Positions 1 to 13,000 of a stretch of 64,000 bases of DNA are shown piece after piece. The notes under the pieces are model-generated. The model saw only the letters and a list, made by a program, of their open reading frames with translations. It did not search any database and was not told the DNA's origin. Within the stretch, counting starts at the first letter, position 1; each line of letters starts with the position of its first letter. This DNA is from Balanoglossus misakiensis (taxonomy: Eukaryota > Animalia > Hemichordata). Location of the stretch: assembly GCA_040954595.2 (NCBI GenBank), contig CM082582.2, forward strand, positions 9,291,483 through 9,355,482, read 5' to 3'. Both the position numbers and the translations under genes were made by a program.

Positions 1-390
1 TTTCGTATAAGTTGTATCAAAAAGTGACATAACAACAGAATAATACATCCACACATATGAATGGTTGTGAACTGTACATGGTCTGGTTCCCCTGCATCAG
101 GGTTTTAAGAATGATTTTAAAAACTCTAAGGGTTAAAATGCGGACAGTAGCTGTAATTTTGACATGTCTCCAGCATTTACATTTTGTGGTTCAATGTATG
201 TTGGAAAACATGTAGAATTCGGTTTGTTGGGCAGGTATCTTTGTGTACAGCTGAATGATTAACTGGGCACTTTGGTATTCGCTTCGCAGAATGAACAGTG
301 GTGGTTGTAGCACAAAACAAAACTGAAGACAAAAAAAGCCAAACTCACAGCTACTGCCCCTTCTATTGTCTTGCAGACTAAATTTCGCTT

Positions 391-3213
391 TCAATAAAAC
401 TTGTGGAAGGCTATTGCTAACGTCCATGCTGGCAGTTTGAGAAATCTTGGCACAAAGCAAGCAATCCAGGGATGGCCTAGAGCTTGAAGTACGTGCTTGA
501 CGCGACGATAGTTAGGTGGCTCTTTCCCGTCAACATCTTTGAATCCATACTCGTCAGCTAACTCGCCAGTCCATAAAATATAACCGGATTTTTTCATGAT
601 ATTTGGATCTATTGAAACAAAAACACCTAATGTCAGAGTATGCAATATTTTGGAGAACTTCACAGAAAATTCAAAGCTTTCTTATGTGAAATGTTTTTTT
701 TTTACAGGCAATATATGGCAGTATATCAAACAATGATTTATTTTGCAATATTAGGTAAAAGCAACTGTTGATAAATGCCAATAGAAACAGTAAGTTGTTC
801 TTTGTTTGAATGATGCCAACACATAGTGTGTTTCATGAATATGTAAATTCCATGCAAATTTCACATTATATATGCATAATCAGGTTTATGACTAATGCAC
901 AGCCTGGTCTCTACTGCCTGAGAAGAACACATTCACTTTCTGATATTGCTGTCTCATGAATATCAAATAGGCAAGAGAAAACCCTGCAGAGTAGACCAGT
1001 CTGTGGTGTTTTGTGTTGAATGAGACTCACCAGTAGCTAGGTGCACTATACATTTCCCTGGGTACTCAATACTTTCACCATTTTCAAAACCTCGCAGTAA
1101 CTGTAAAAATAAATGAGAATATACTCTGCAAATGTCTCAGGAAGTAACAATAACTTTCATATACTTGTATGAGTAAATAATAACCAAAAGATGGCCACTT
1201 TCATCCATCCAGTCTCCATCTTGTTATATCTCAGTGTAGAAGTTTGTAAAACACATAAATTGGATTTATTGGCCGCCATGAAGCAATTAAATAATCATGA
1301 AAATTTGAACAGGAGAAATCATTCTAGCTTATTCTCTGTTTTTCTGATATCTGTTGATGAATATATAATGTATGCTTACCATATCATCTGCATCAAATTT
1401 GCCTTTAGTCAAGCCGTCTGTTATAATTTCTGTCTTGACAGGGCCTGGCCATAGTGACACACAGGCAATGTTGTGAGGTCTCAACTCCACAGCACAGTCC
1501 ACCATCATCTTATCACACTGCACAAAATCAAATCAAATCAAATCAACCAAGTGATATTATTGATAACACTGAATTATTTGTAATGGCGATTTTTGACAGT
1601 TTCAATGTCTTCAATGACAGAGAATAAATCACTGTTCAATTTACTACATGTATCACGCAATGTACCACAAAAATTAAACATACCCCAGCTTTGCCAGTAC
1701 CATATGGGACGGTAAAGAGATGTTCGACAGCACCCACTGAAGATATATTTATCATGAGTCCCCGTTTGTTTGGAATCATTAGCCTGGCTCCATACACGGC
1801 ACATATGTAATGGTTTCTATGAAATAAACAAACAGATTGAGCTTGTAAACAGATCCCTGAAAATATAAGAAGATAATGAGGGATGGTTGAAGGTGATACA
1901 TTACACCACCAAATTTTATTTTATCAGCAGTTATGGATAACAGGTTTGGAGTTAATTGGATCTCTGATACTCATACAATTGGTGCACTAAAAAAAAGATG
2001 GCAAAAAAAGATGTGAAACCATACGAACCTCAATCCAACAACATTCACTTCATCCCACATCTCCGGCGGCAATTCCCAAAATGATGTCTTCACATTGGAT
2101 GTCAACGTCTTGTCATTTGAAAAGAAGAGTATAATTGTATTGGCAGTGAAAAAAGTTATGTGTTTTCTTTGTCATTTATTTGAAAAAATAATTACTGACT
2201 ACGGCTCAACAACATGACTTATAGTAATGAACATTCCAATGCAAAGACAAATCAGATACACAGAATACTAGACAGACTCACTGGCACAGCAGAATAGACA
2301 TTATTGATCAAGATATCCAGACGTCCATCTTGTTCCTGCGCAACTCGCTCAAACAATTTCTTGATTTGTGCGTCATCACTGTGGTCACACTGAACAGGGA
2401 TGCACTTGCCTCCGCGCTTCTCTACCTGAAAACAAAAGAACGTACAGTACTAAACTGTAGGGGGCGTTTTGCACATTGGGAAGGTCATAATTAACCGATG
2501 CCAAAGTGACCGCAATTGTTATTATATCACTAGTTGGTCACTTATAGGGCAGTATGCGGTGTATGTGTATTCAAAGTCCAAAAACACACACTCCAGATTC
2601 AATCTAATGTGACGCATTTATCACAAACCAATAGTTTACCTCTTCAGCAGTTTCCTGTAGTGATCCTGGATACTCGGCCGACCCCGGCTTCAAAGTTCTA
2701 CCTGCCAAAAACAGATCACTCCCTTTATTTTCTGTACTATGGTGATTTATAATCTGGTAAGTTGGTGTAATTTAATGAAAATCAGACAAATTAACAGCTT
2801 CACTACCCGAGTAAATTTATTTGAAGATGCAAGCCTCAATCAATAACTTTCAATCAATCAATTAATCAAAAATATAAAGCAGCAGTCTAAGAGGTACGGT
2901 GCCAAAATGACAAACTGACATGAATATATTTAGGTCAAATCTCACAATTTTGGCTTATTGTCCAAATAAGGCAGTCAAAGTTCACCTTTTGGAAGTTTAC
3001 TCGGAAATGATACACGATAAATTGAATAACAATCTATAATCACATCCCATTTGTTTGACTTGTTGATGACCCGATTTGACTATTGTGTGGATGAGACTGA
3101 CCTGTGACGTAGACAGTAGCTCCAGCTTCTCCTAGTTGAAGAGCAATACCTTTGCCGATACCACGACTTGCACCGGTGACAAGGCACACTTTTCCTGCCA
3201 ATACACCTGTCAT
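391..3213 (-). CDS. DHRS1: Short-chain dehydrogenase/reductase DHRS1-like, paralog A; 8 coding exons (approx. 3213-3102, 2701-2640, 2425-2282, 2108-2029, 1816-1684, 1518-1380, 1100-1031, 608-391)
   Basis: Spliced translation MTGVLAGKVCLVTGASRGIGKGIALQLGEAGATVYVTG|RTL...CDHSDD...LDILINNVYSA...WELPPEMWDEVNVVGLRNHYICAVYGARLM...NISS...YGTGKAG|CDKM...VSLWPGPVKTE...ESIEYPGKCIVHLATDPNIMKKSG...AFHKFY*. Shows the TGxxxGIG cofactor motif and YxxxK catalytic motif; introns are GT-AG. Confidence 0.93.
899..1004. repeat. Imperfect inverted repeat (possible degraded MITE) in the last DHRS1-A intron
   Basis: ACAGCCTGGTCTCTACTGC pairs imperfectly with GCAGAGTAGACCAGTCTGT. Confidence 0.45.
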
Positions 3214-4364
3214 GGCAACTGGGCAAAAAAATGACAAAATAAAGTTAGTTTCCAAACCGGGTTTAAAACACTGTATACAGAAATTCCACTGAATAGCAAC
3301 GAAAGTTGAAGGTTTATAGGGCTTCACCAACGCTTTCAGTTCCCTGCCCCGATTATACCGCTGGCTGCGCTGTTCGAATTACGTAAGTGCGGTAGCAATG
3401 TACGTCAGGAGAACGTGTGACCAGTGTAAAAACTGTTCACGACTGCCATGTGCCGCGCAGCGTCCATCGATTATTTTTTTCACCACAGCGAAGAATAATG
3501 ACAGTGTTTTAAAGGCATCTCACTTTATCATGCGATAACAACGCGAACTAGAAAAGTGGCACGTACCTGTGTTGAATCAAGTTGACAGACCAACGACTTG
3601 GACGGATCGTGGGCACTACCGGAGAACTAAGTGATTGATCATGTACATGGTCTGACGGTCGGTCCTGGTAAACTACACAACTGACCTTCAGCTGAACCCA
3701 CGTGATCATTCTGTTCTCGTTGTTGCTGGGTAAATAAAATATCGTCCTTGTCTCTGGAATCTAGGCCAGCTTTACAAAGCGGTGAGGGCGGTATTTCTAT
3801 CTTGAATTCAAGCTTTACCATCTTTTAGCCATTTGAAAACCTACAAGTTTGCAGAAAGATTCATGTTTTTTTTTATTCAGTTATATTCCCTGATTTCCAT
3901 CACAAACAGGAATAATTGCAAAACCATAACTGTAAATGTCTGATACAGGCATAATCAAAACACTCCAATGTTTCAATATGATATTCTTATAAATGTTATT
4001 ATTAAGAGTAAAATTTCGGAATAAAATATAATATTGCCAAGCAGTAGTTCCATATAAATCTCATACAGCATGTTGTGTGTTGGGAATTGAAACTTCAGCT
4101 CCTGAGTCTTGGATCACCAAACACTCCACGGACTATATGAAACATAGTCATTAAAATAATTATGAAGTAAAATATTCATATAATAGGCCTACTTGAAGAC
4201 ACTTTATGCTTTCTTGGCCTGCAATTACTAAATAGATTAAGAATGCCCAATGCACAAGAATTGACGTTTAATATCCAAATCATTTATACCACACAAAGTG
4301 GTTTTTGCCTATTTCATTGTGATTTTGGAAGAACATAATCCCTTATATTCCATTCCTGCTGGGT

Positions 4365-6997
4365 TTACAATTTGCTGAATGATGCTGACATTACCCATCT
4401 TGGAATGCGTATGAATCTTGGTGTGAGAGCAGCCACCCATGTGTGTCCGCCGAGAGTTAGTACATCCTTCACACATGCGCTACAAAATGGCTCCCTTCCG
4501 TCGATGTCTTTAAACCCGTATTCTCTCGCTAAATTTCCCGCCTGCAAGATGCGACCAGTTTTCTTCATAATGTTGGGATCTGTTAAGAAAAGTTTATTAA
4601 ATATGCAAATGAGGAGATAATTTATGATAAAATTGATGGAACTTTCTACATGCTTACATGCTTTCTTGAATTTGTAGATAAAACACTGACCTGATGCCAA
4701 ATGTACGACAGCTTTTCCGGAGTATTCTGGTGTTTCTCCCATTGCAAACATCTGTATTTGCTGTGGATGGCAAGAGAGAAGATACACATATTTCCTCTGA
4801 GAAGAATTCCAACATCTGTATACTGAGTGTTACATAATCATAGCATCAGATTTTCATTGCAAATGTAGGGAATACATGGCCTATTTTGGACCCAAACTTC
4901 ATATGTTAAATCAAGGACATGCCATAGCACGATCAGTACAATCCAATCTGGATTAACCCTTTTCACCACCATGGTCCAGTCCAAACCCATTGTTTTCTAT
5001 GGTAAGATTGGACCTCTAAAGAGGTAACTGGGGGTGAGAGAGATAAAACCATGGCAGCTATTAGGTATAATCAGCGTTGGTTCAGTTTACATCTCGAATA
5101 ATGCCAAGCTTCACAAAGGCTGAACGTTGTGGAAGCACATAAACAAGAGGCAACATTTTGCGAAGGCAGGCTGTGAGAGAGTTGGATCATATAAACAAGT
5201 CACGAGCTCAAACACAAGTCATTCACAAAGTGATGTCATTCCTTTTCCAATAAAAGACCAACCAACAGCTGGATGATAGAGTTTATGGAGTTCACATACC
5301 TGCGACATTTTCTTTGCAGCGTCACCTTTTAAATTCAGCATTGTATCCTGTATAATTTCTGTTTTCACTGGTCCAGGCCACAATGATATAACTGCAATGT
5401 TATGACGGCGGATCTCCTGTGCACAATCATGGGCCATTTTATCAACCTGTAAATAATTTGACAGTTATTATTCTAACACTCAGCATCTGTTACCGTGACA
5501 CACACAATGAATGTATGTATCACAGCACAAACTGAATTGGCATACAACAGAGCAGCATTATTGGAAAAGAATTACTTATCACTTCTACCTTCACTTGCTA
5601 AAAACATTTACCATCACATGTATACTAATATATCTACACTTACCCCAGCCTTACCAGATCCATAGGCTGCATTGATGAAGTACATGAGACCGCCAGGTGA
5701 GGAGATATTGATGATTAGACCTTTCTTGGCAGGTACCATCCTCCTGGATGCATACACCGATGCAATGTAATGACTCCTGAAAAAAGGTCAGGGAGAGCAG
5801 ATCATTACACATGCGAGGTCTAGCTGGGACGACCATTCTGGTCATGACCTCTATGTGACCTTACACCTGAGTTTTTAGGGTGGTATTAGGGTTCAACCAG
5901 GAGCTCCACAGAAGGGCTAAACCTAATTTAAGGGAATATAAGCTGTAATTTTTGACTTATATTTTCAGTATTTCTGGTCTGTGTCTCAAATGTGATTGCT
6001 TGTTCTACTCCAAACAGCCTTATTCAAACACAGACTACAGACGTTTATTAGTACTTCATTCTTTTAATTTACCTACCTAAGCCCAACAGTGTTGACTTCA
6101 TCCCATATTTCTGGGGGCAGTTCCCAGTATTTATTTGAACCAGCTGCAACTAAAGACTAAAATAACATATCCATAGAATAAAAATTATTGATGATGCATG
6201 TGTTATTTTACTTTTAGCTCAGGTGTTCACACCAAAGCTAATATTGTATTAATTTCAGTCAGTCTGTCTGGTTTGCCTAATATCTAAAGAAGAGCTGAAG
6301 AAATAAAAGTAAAACCCAGTATACAAAAAGAGTCTGACAAGGCACTTACAGTGACTGCAGAGTAAGCATTGTTGACCAGAAGATCCAGTTTTCCATTCTG
6401 TTCTTTATCTATTCGGTCAAACAGCTGTTTGATCTGTTCATCATCACTGTGATCACACTTCACAGGTATGCACTGACCACCTCGCTCTCTCACCTGCAAA
6501 ATGACATTGTATGTAGAATCATGTCTGAAAAACAGATCGTCTTGAAATATAACATCTATATTTTTCGTGTGATACCAAAGAAAATTCCAATAGAGAACGT
6601 ATTGTATGGAAGAGAATATAATCATTGTACTTGTCTCATGGCTGATGCACGGATGGATGAAAACTGGATAAAGTTGAAGTAACTAATACCTCTTGTGCTG
6701 TTTCCTGCAATGACCCCCTAGGGCCTGAATCTCGCTGTTCAAGTGTCCTGCCTGTGGGAATTGGACAAATGCAAATTTAGAATCAGATGTCCAATCAACA
6801 GATAACATGACAAAGCCGACACAGACACTCTTATCGATAGAAGTAATATCAATTCTGGGAGGATGATTATGTAAGAGTGACTGACCCGTGATGTAGACAG
6901 TAGCTCCAGCTTCTCCTAGTTGAAGAGCAATACCTTTGCCGATACCACGACTTGCGCCGGTGACAAGGCACACTTTTCCTGCCAATACACCTGCCAT
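4365..6997 (-). CDS. DHRS1: DHRS1-like paralog B, tandem duplicate with the same 8-exon structure (approx. 6997-6886, 6751-6690, 6493-6350, 6157-6078, 5776-5644, 5446-5300, 4751-4691, 4579-4365)
   Basis: MAGVLAGKVCLVTGASRGIGKGIALQLGEAGATVYITG...VKCDHSDDEQIKQLFDRIDKEQNGKLDLLVNNAYSA...ISSPGGLMYFINAAYGSGKAG|VDKMAHDCAQE...SLWPGPVKTE...ETPEYSGKAVVHLASDPNIMKKTG...SFSKL*. Intron positions match paralog A. Confidence 0.93.
4953..5046 (+). mobile_element. ~90 bp MITE, TTAA/CCC...GGG family (piggyBac-like ends), copy 1, in a DHRS1-B intron
   Basis: TTAACCCTTTTCACCACCATGGT...CCAAACCCATTGTTTTCTATGGTAA...TGGACCTCTA...CTGGGGGTGAGAGAGATAA; core shared with four other copies in the window. Confidence 0.75.
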
Positions 6998-7141
6998 AGT
7001 CAAGTGGTCAAATCTGTAACAAGAATGACAGTCTTTAAAAAATTAATTACATAATACATCAAGAAACACACTGTCAAAGTACAAAGTTGAACTGTACAAG
7101 GACATATGGTCTACAAAGTAAATATAATGCTCCGTAATTGC

Positions 7142-7244
7142 TGCAGTATTGTAGCTCGAGGTTTTGCTTGGTATTGGGGGAGGGGGCGTGGTCACATCCA
7201 CCTTCCAATGTATACCAGACAAAACCCCGAGCTACAGAACTGCA
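7142..7244. repeat. Hairpin/MITE-like element with ~33 bp imperfect inverted arms, upstream of the DHRS1-B start codon
   Basis: TGCAGTATTGTAGCTCGAGGTTTTGCTTGGTAT is the near reverse complement of ATACCAGACAAAACCCCGAGCTACAGAACTGCA. Confidence 0.7.
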
Positions 7245-7575
7245 CCCATCAAGATATGGCCCAGGACCACAATAAGCTGTAGGCTCCAAGTCGCTATGGC
7301 AGAGTCCCTACATATAAAACAGTCTTAACTTTTTTGGTGTACACCACATGTACATGATGCATATGTGCATGTACAGTACTGCAGTGGTTAGAAATCATGA
7401 TCTTTCATGACGTGCCGACCGAATTTGATACCAGATACAGAATTGTCGAGATTGGTCTTATTGTTACATAGTTTGCTAAGTACACTTGCCTTCGTAGCTG
7501 CGTTTATCAGGTTGGATGTACAGTATGTACCACGATGAAGACGAAGTGGGAACTGTATGCTGTCTGCTGTAGAGT

Positions 7576-7602
7576 TGACCTTTGCCCTGTGATCAAAGGT
7601 CA
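7576..7602. promoter_or_regulatory. Nuclear-receptor DR1 element plus an inverted half-site in the DHRS1-B/DAD1 divergent promoter
   Basis: TGACCTTTGCCCT reads AGGGCA-A-AGGTCA on the minus strand, the canonical HNF4/PPAR-RXR/COUP DR1. It is followed by CAAAGGTCA (7594-7602), the exact reverse complement of TGACCTTTG. Confidence 0.5.
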
Positions 7603-7861
7603 GTTCTAGGGCTTCGAAGTTATCAACGTGTATCGATCATTCAGTACACCCAATAACTTAGTCAATTACTCTGAAATCTGAAATTTTAACATATCATTTT
7701 GGTCAGGAAGTATTTTAATCAATAACAACTCCGAACATACACACGTTTATAAAGTTTGGATCGAGGGTGTCAATCCCCCATCATCCTTTTCTACTTCCTT
7801 TTCGGTTCAGCCATCTTCGCCACATCACACCCGTGTGAAGAAGAGACACAGAAATTGCACG

Positions 7862-8496
7862 ATGTCTGCGAATATTGTGACGGTCTTGGTCAAATTCTAC
7901 GATGAATACCAGAAGAACACACCCCAGAGGTTGAAAATCATCGATGCCTACCTTACGTACATACTGCTAACGGGTATTGTGCAGTTCGGATATTGTGCCC
8001 TGGTTGGAACTTTCCCGTTCAACTCCTTTTTGTCGGGGTTCATTTCGTGCGTGGGGTCATTCGTTCTCGCAGGTAATCAAAACTTATCGTGTTCCTTCTG
8101 TCACAATGAAAGATTTGATTTTTTGTGTCTGCATTGGAAAGGGGGATTTGTTTATGTCCAATTTTTACATCCTTGCGTTCACATATGGTTTATTCGTGGC
8201 TGGTGGCGCTGTTCATTTCATGGACCCGGAAGTGGGTTGCAACGATGCTAACACATGCATATGATGATCACCTTCATAGTGTGGCAAATATGCACACAAT
8301 ACAGCCATGTATGGATGAATCGTGTTTTGTGGGTGTTTTAATCAAAATAATTCTTTCCTTTGCAGTTTGTCTGAGAGTGCAAGTCAATCCAGCTAACAAG
8401 TCACAGTTTTATAACCTATCACCAGAGCGTGCCTTTTCAGACTTCATTTTCGCCAGTGTAATACTTCATCTAGTGGTGATGAACTTCATAGGGTGA
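7862..8496 (+). CDS. DAD1: Oligosaccharyltransferase subunit DAD1/OST2; 2 coding exons (7862-8072, 8366-8496)
   Basis: [51 protein letters not shown]|[43 protein letters not shown] closely matches animal DAD1; one phase-1 GT-AG intron. Confidence 0.98.
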
Positions 8497-9956
8497 ACTG
8501 CTACAAAACTAAATATAGGTAAGAATACAGTATTTCCGATTGCTGGTGTACTTTTGACCTCGCCAAAGAAAACTTGAAATAATTCCTTGTAATGTAGCAA
8601 GGTTTGCCCCTGTACTAATTCATGTTTATGCATTTCTTCCCAGGCCTCGACTATCCGATTGATTCGCGCAGAAACAGAGATGAAAGAAGACAACACACCT
8701 CCAGACTTTTAACCAATAATGATTATGATCAAATGAAATATGTATTTGAGTTTTATATTACAAAGTTACATACTATTAAAAGAAACCAAAAGTAACACAT
8801 CTTGGTGTGGATTCTGCTGTTGTATGTTCCATTGTGAAACCAGGAATTTGATTAGACCATACAATCAGAACTACTCTGTGCACATGTCCATGAAAGAGTA
8901 AAATCATGATTTTTGAAGGCTTCTTGCGTTCACTGACCAAAATAATACAAGAGAAACAGACCACTTGAGCCCAAATCAACTATTTTTTGAATCTGATAGC
9001 ATAATTTATAGTACATGAATAACTGGAGAAATTGGGACATTATTTTGGCAAGTTAATTTGTCCCTGAAAGTTGACAAACTTTGAGTTCTTATTAAACATT
9101 TTGTATAAACTACAGTGGTCTAATCACTCAAGCTATTAATTATACCACTGTGAAATTATGCAGATAAAAAATCTCCACGCATACTCAAAGTAAGATATTT
9201 TTCCCAGACATTGAAAGCACATTGTAAATGTTGTAATTATATAATGATGGAAAAAAAACTATTTACATCCACACTTGGACTCTACAAATGTACATGGATT
9301 ACAGAATTATGGTACCAGAAATGGCAAGCTTTGATTTAACCACCAAATACGACAAAAGCTGAGATTTAGGTTCAGCACCAGAATGGGAGAACATACTGTG
9401 ACTGCTGAATGCATCCATTTATTTTATTTCACATCCCATAAAACATTTTCATAAAATTTTAAGCATTATCTTACAGCAGCGTAAATATCTCAGGAAACTT
9501 TGGCATTTGACAACCCCACCCATTACTCGGTACAAAAAAAAAAGGTAAACCGCTGTACCAGAAAACGGCAATTTTAAAATAAGCATTTGTAAATGATTCA
9601 GAATACAGGCAGGTTTTATACTTACTCTTCTCTGTTCACCCACATCTGTAAATTTATCTGAAAATCTTCATTCCAATGATTCAAATTCTCTTGGCAGACT
9701 GCCTGATCAATTCCTGAAAAGGTTTTCTTGTATTGAAATCACACAACTTCAGAAAAGTGAAACTGATATTTCTATTGAAACAGTCCTATGCAGAGTGGCT
9801 AGCAGAATATGGTTACAACTTTACCCTAAAGTGATTCTGAAATGTGCCAAATGACTATCGAATTCATTTGCTGGCTTGGATACCTAATTACACAATAGTC
9901 TCACTTAACTGAAATGCGCAGATTATTTACAAATAAAAGAACTATGAAGGCACCGT

Positions 9957-10051
9957 TTAACCCTTTCAACACCATGGTTTGGTCCAAATCCATTGGTTTT
10001 CTATGGTAAAGCTGGACCTCTATAAGGGGGAAATGGGGGTGTAAGGGTTCA
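9957..10051 (+). mobile_element. ~90 bp MITE copy 2, directly after the AMFR stop codon
   Basis: TTAACCCTTTCAACACCATGGTTTGGTCCAAATCCATTGGTTTTCTATGGTAAAGCTGGACCTCTAT...GGGGGTGTAAGGGTTCA. Confidence 0.78.
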
Positions 10052-10054
10052 TTT

Positions 10055-13000
10055 TTAGTCGAGAGGTGGGTGGACATCATACTGTTGCTGTTGAAGCCGT
10101 CTCTGAGCTGCCTCCAGGGCTAAGGCACGTCTTCTTTCCCTCTCTGCGTCAGATCTCTGACTGGCGTCGTCCGATGTTTCTAAACTACTTGTCACGTGTC
10201 TGATACTGGCGATGCTCTCTGCTTCTATTTCTTCTGCTGTTGTCGCTTGTTCCTGCTTGGCAGTGTATCTCCTATGAGGACAGCAAACAAGTGGAAATTC
10301 AATAGTTGATATGAAACATTTAAACTTTACACATGATGACTAATGTGTGTGTGTGTGTGTGTATGTAAACTATGCACCACATACTACAGTTTAAGTTTTT
10401 TCTTTTTACCTCTTTGCTTGTTGAAGAAGTATTTGTTTTCTGTCAGCCAACATGGCTTCTCTCTCCGATGGAGATTTACTGAACCTTCCACCGAGTGCCT
10501 CAATACCGCCGACACTGCTGCTCCCACTGCTTCTGATGTCCGCACTGGCAGTGGCGCCCTCAGTCTCACTGCTGAGAAACAGAAGTCAAAGGTCATTGGC
10601 AATGCATTGTGGGATGCATGCTGTTTAACATTTGGAGCTGCATTTGACCGATCCTTAATGAACTATGTTTAAGTTTGAATTTGAAAAGTCTACTGGAGAA
10701 ATGACAAACAACCAACTAACCTGGTGTCACTGCCACTGGTGTCATCAAAATGCTCAGCAATATTTCGAGTGTGTGGCTCATCGTCTGATGCAACTGGCTG
10801 ACTTGTGGAGGGTTCTGGTTGGCTGGCTGTGGCTGGAACATTGGGCGCAGTCGGTTCTTCAGCATCTGGAACTTCCACTGGTGGAGATTCCGCTTCAAAA
10901 TTTCCATTCTGTGGATGATTATGAGTTTTGAGACAAGGAAAGTGAGATTTTAGAGTTCACCTGTCGAAAAAATTCAACTTCACCCTTTAAAGTATCATGA
11001 AACATAGAAGTCATTCAGACATACCTGTGGTATTTCTACCCTTCCTTCCAGAATATTATCAACAGTGAGTTCAACGGATCTTGTCACCTGCAGATCAGCC
11101 AGTATAGTATTTATTGGAACATGTGGAAACATACTCTGAACTTGACCTGCCTGAAAAAAAAAGATGACAAGAAGATATTTATTGCATGGTACAAAAGTTT
11201 CTTTGAAAACTTAGATACTTTCACTATGCACCAAGAGAAAGGCAAAGTGACATTAGTCTCAGACTTACCATATTCTCCATCTGAGAGTTGGCGGCTCGGT
11301 TGACACGGTTGCCAAGTACCTCTGTGTGAGTAACTTCAACCGAAAAACTAGGCATCCAACTGGCTATTCTGGAACCTGTCGCAAAATACAGAAACAAATG
11401 TTGTTGTTTTTTTATAAACTCAGGCAGGAACGATTTCTTCTGAGAAACAAAGCCAGATATACTGTCGACCAATCATTTATAATCAGCTACAACAAGAGAA
11501 AACTCACCATCAAAATGGAAGAAATGATTCCGTCTATTGAGCCTCCTGCCTTGTGGTGGTGCAATTCTCCGAGCTTGCAGCCTGACAGTCGGTCTCTGTT
11601 GAGGCGGCCTCTCGGTCTCATCCTCTGAGTCAGGGACAGCGCCCCCTGGAGTAACGTTGAGTGATTTACGGCACGTTGGACAGGAAGTGTCGTGCTCCAA
11701 CCAAGACCGAAGACATGAACTGCAGAGAAAAGAAATGGAGATTGGTTACTTTTGTTTCAGTCTGTTGTAGGGTATAATTCAATACGCCCTCCAAGAGTAT
11801 ATAATTCCCCCTCCCCCACCCCCATGAGCAAACGAGCTGTGTGTGACTTACTTGTGGAAGAGGTGACCACAAGGCAGTTTGCGGGCTGATGTCATTCTGT
11901 CCCAGCAAATGGCACAGTCGTCATCATTGGCTGCCAGCTCCTCAGCAGTAGCAGACGCAAACCTACGAATTTAGAAGAAAAAAAATTGAAGGCCGAGTGA
12001 ATGGGTGACAATCTCAAGGTCACACTTTCACCATTGCTATATTTCACCATCAGAATATCACAAATGTACTGTATCACTGCAATGTGTTTTTAGAGCTTTG
12101 CAAAGGGTCTTTTCTCTGGAAAACCTCAATGAAACAATAGTTACCTGGCTTCCATATTATTGACAACACGGCGGTAGTTTCTGTGCCTCTTGATTCTCCG
12201 CTGGATTTCATTGTAGAGGAACCTCAGCTGCATGCAGATGACTAAGCTGGCCATGCTCAGGAAGATGTTTGCCCACAGCTATGAGAAAAAAAAAGATGAA
12301 ATCTTAAATTTAAATGGGAATGACACAGTTACATGAACTATAGTTCACAACATTTCATACCCCTCTGACAAAACCTTACAAAGGAAACAAGTGAACCCGA
12401 GGTAGGGCCTTACCAGCATGTGCAAATGATGGAGGAAATCTACAGTCAATGCCGATAGCTCCATTGACAGTTCGGTGTAGTACACATAGGCGCTGCGATT
12501 TTCCCATAATCCGTCATGGTTTAGATCCCACAGATGAATGGCGTATCTAGTCAAGAAATGAGAAATTTGACATCAGTGCATGTGTACATGTAACTGCTAC
12601 ACCTGGGTATAGCCTTTCATTCAAAATTACATCTTTGCTCATTCACAGCTGAAGGTTCTACGAATGAACCCAAGGAAACCCAATTCACTAAAGTAAGTGA
12701 GAGAAATCCTACCTGATAATGACGTATAATGTCTTGATAGTCAACAGAACACACTGCAAGAGAAAATCACACATTGGTTAGGCTGCTGTCTCCTTTATCA
12801 ATTTGCCGCTGAAAAATAAGGGTGCCCTTACGAGAAAAATAATCAGTGAAGCGTGTTTTGATCCTTTGGTTGGGAATATATGGTACATTCATTTTTTAAT
12901 AAATAATTGAAATAAATAAATGTAAATTTGGACTTACTTCTGCTGACATAAAAGCAAAGAGGTGGAGACCAAGTTGTAGCCCAACACCAATGCTAACGAA

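Noticed and set aside
7483-7492. Possible GC donor (AAG|GCAAGT) for a DHRS1-B 5' UTR exon
   Set aside because: Plausible, since an acceptor precedes the ATG, but there is no reading-frame constraint to test it.
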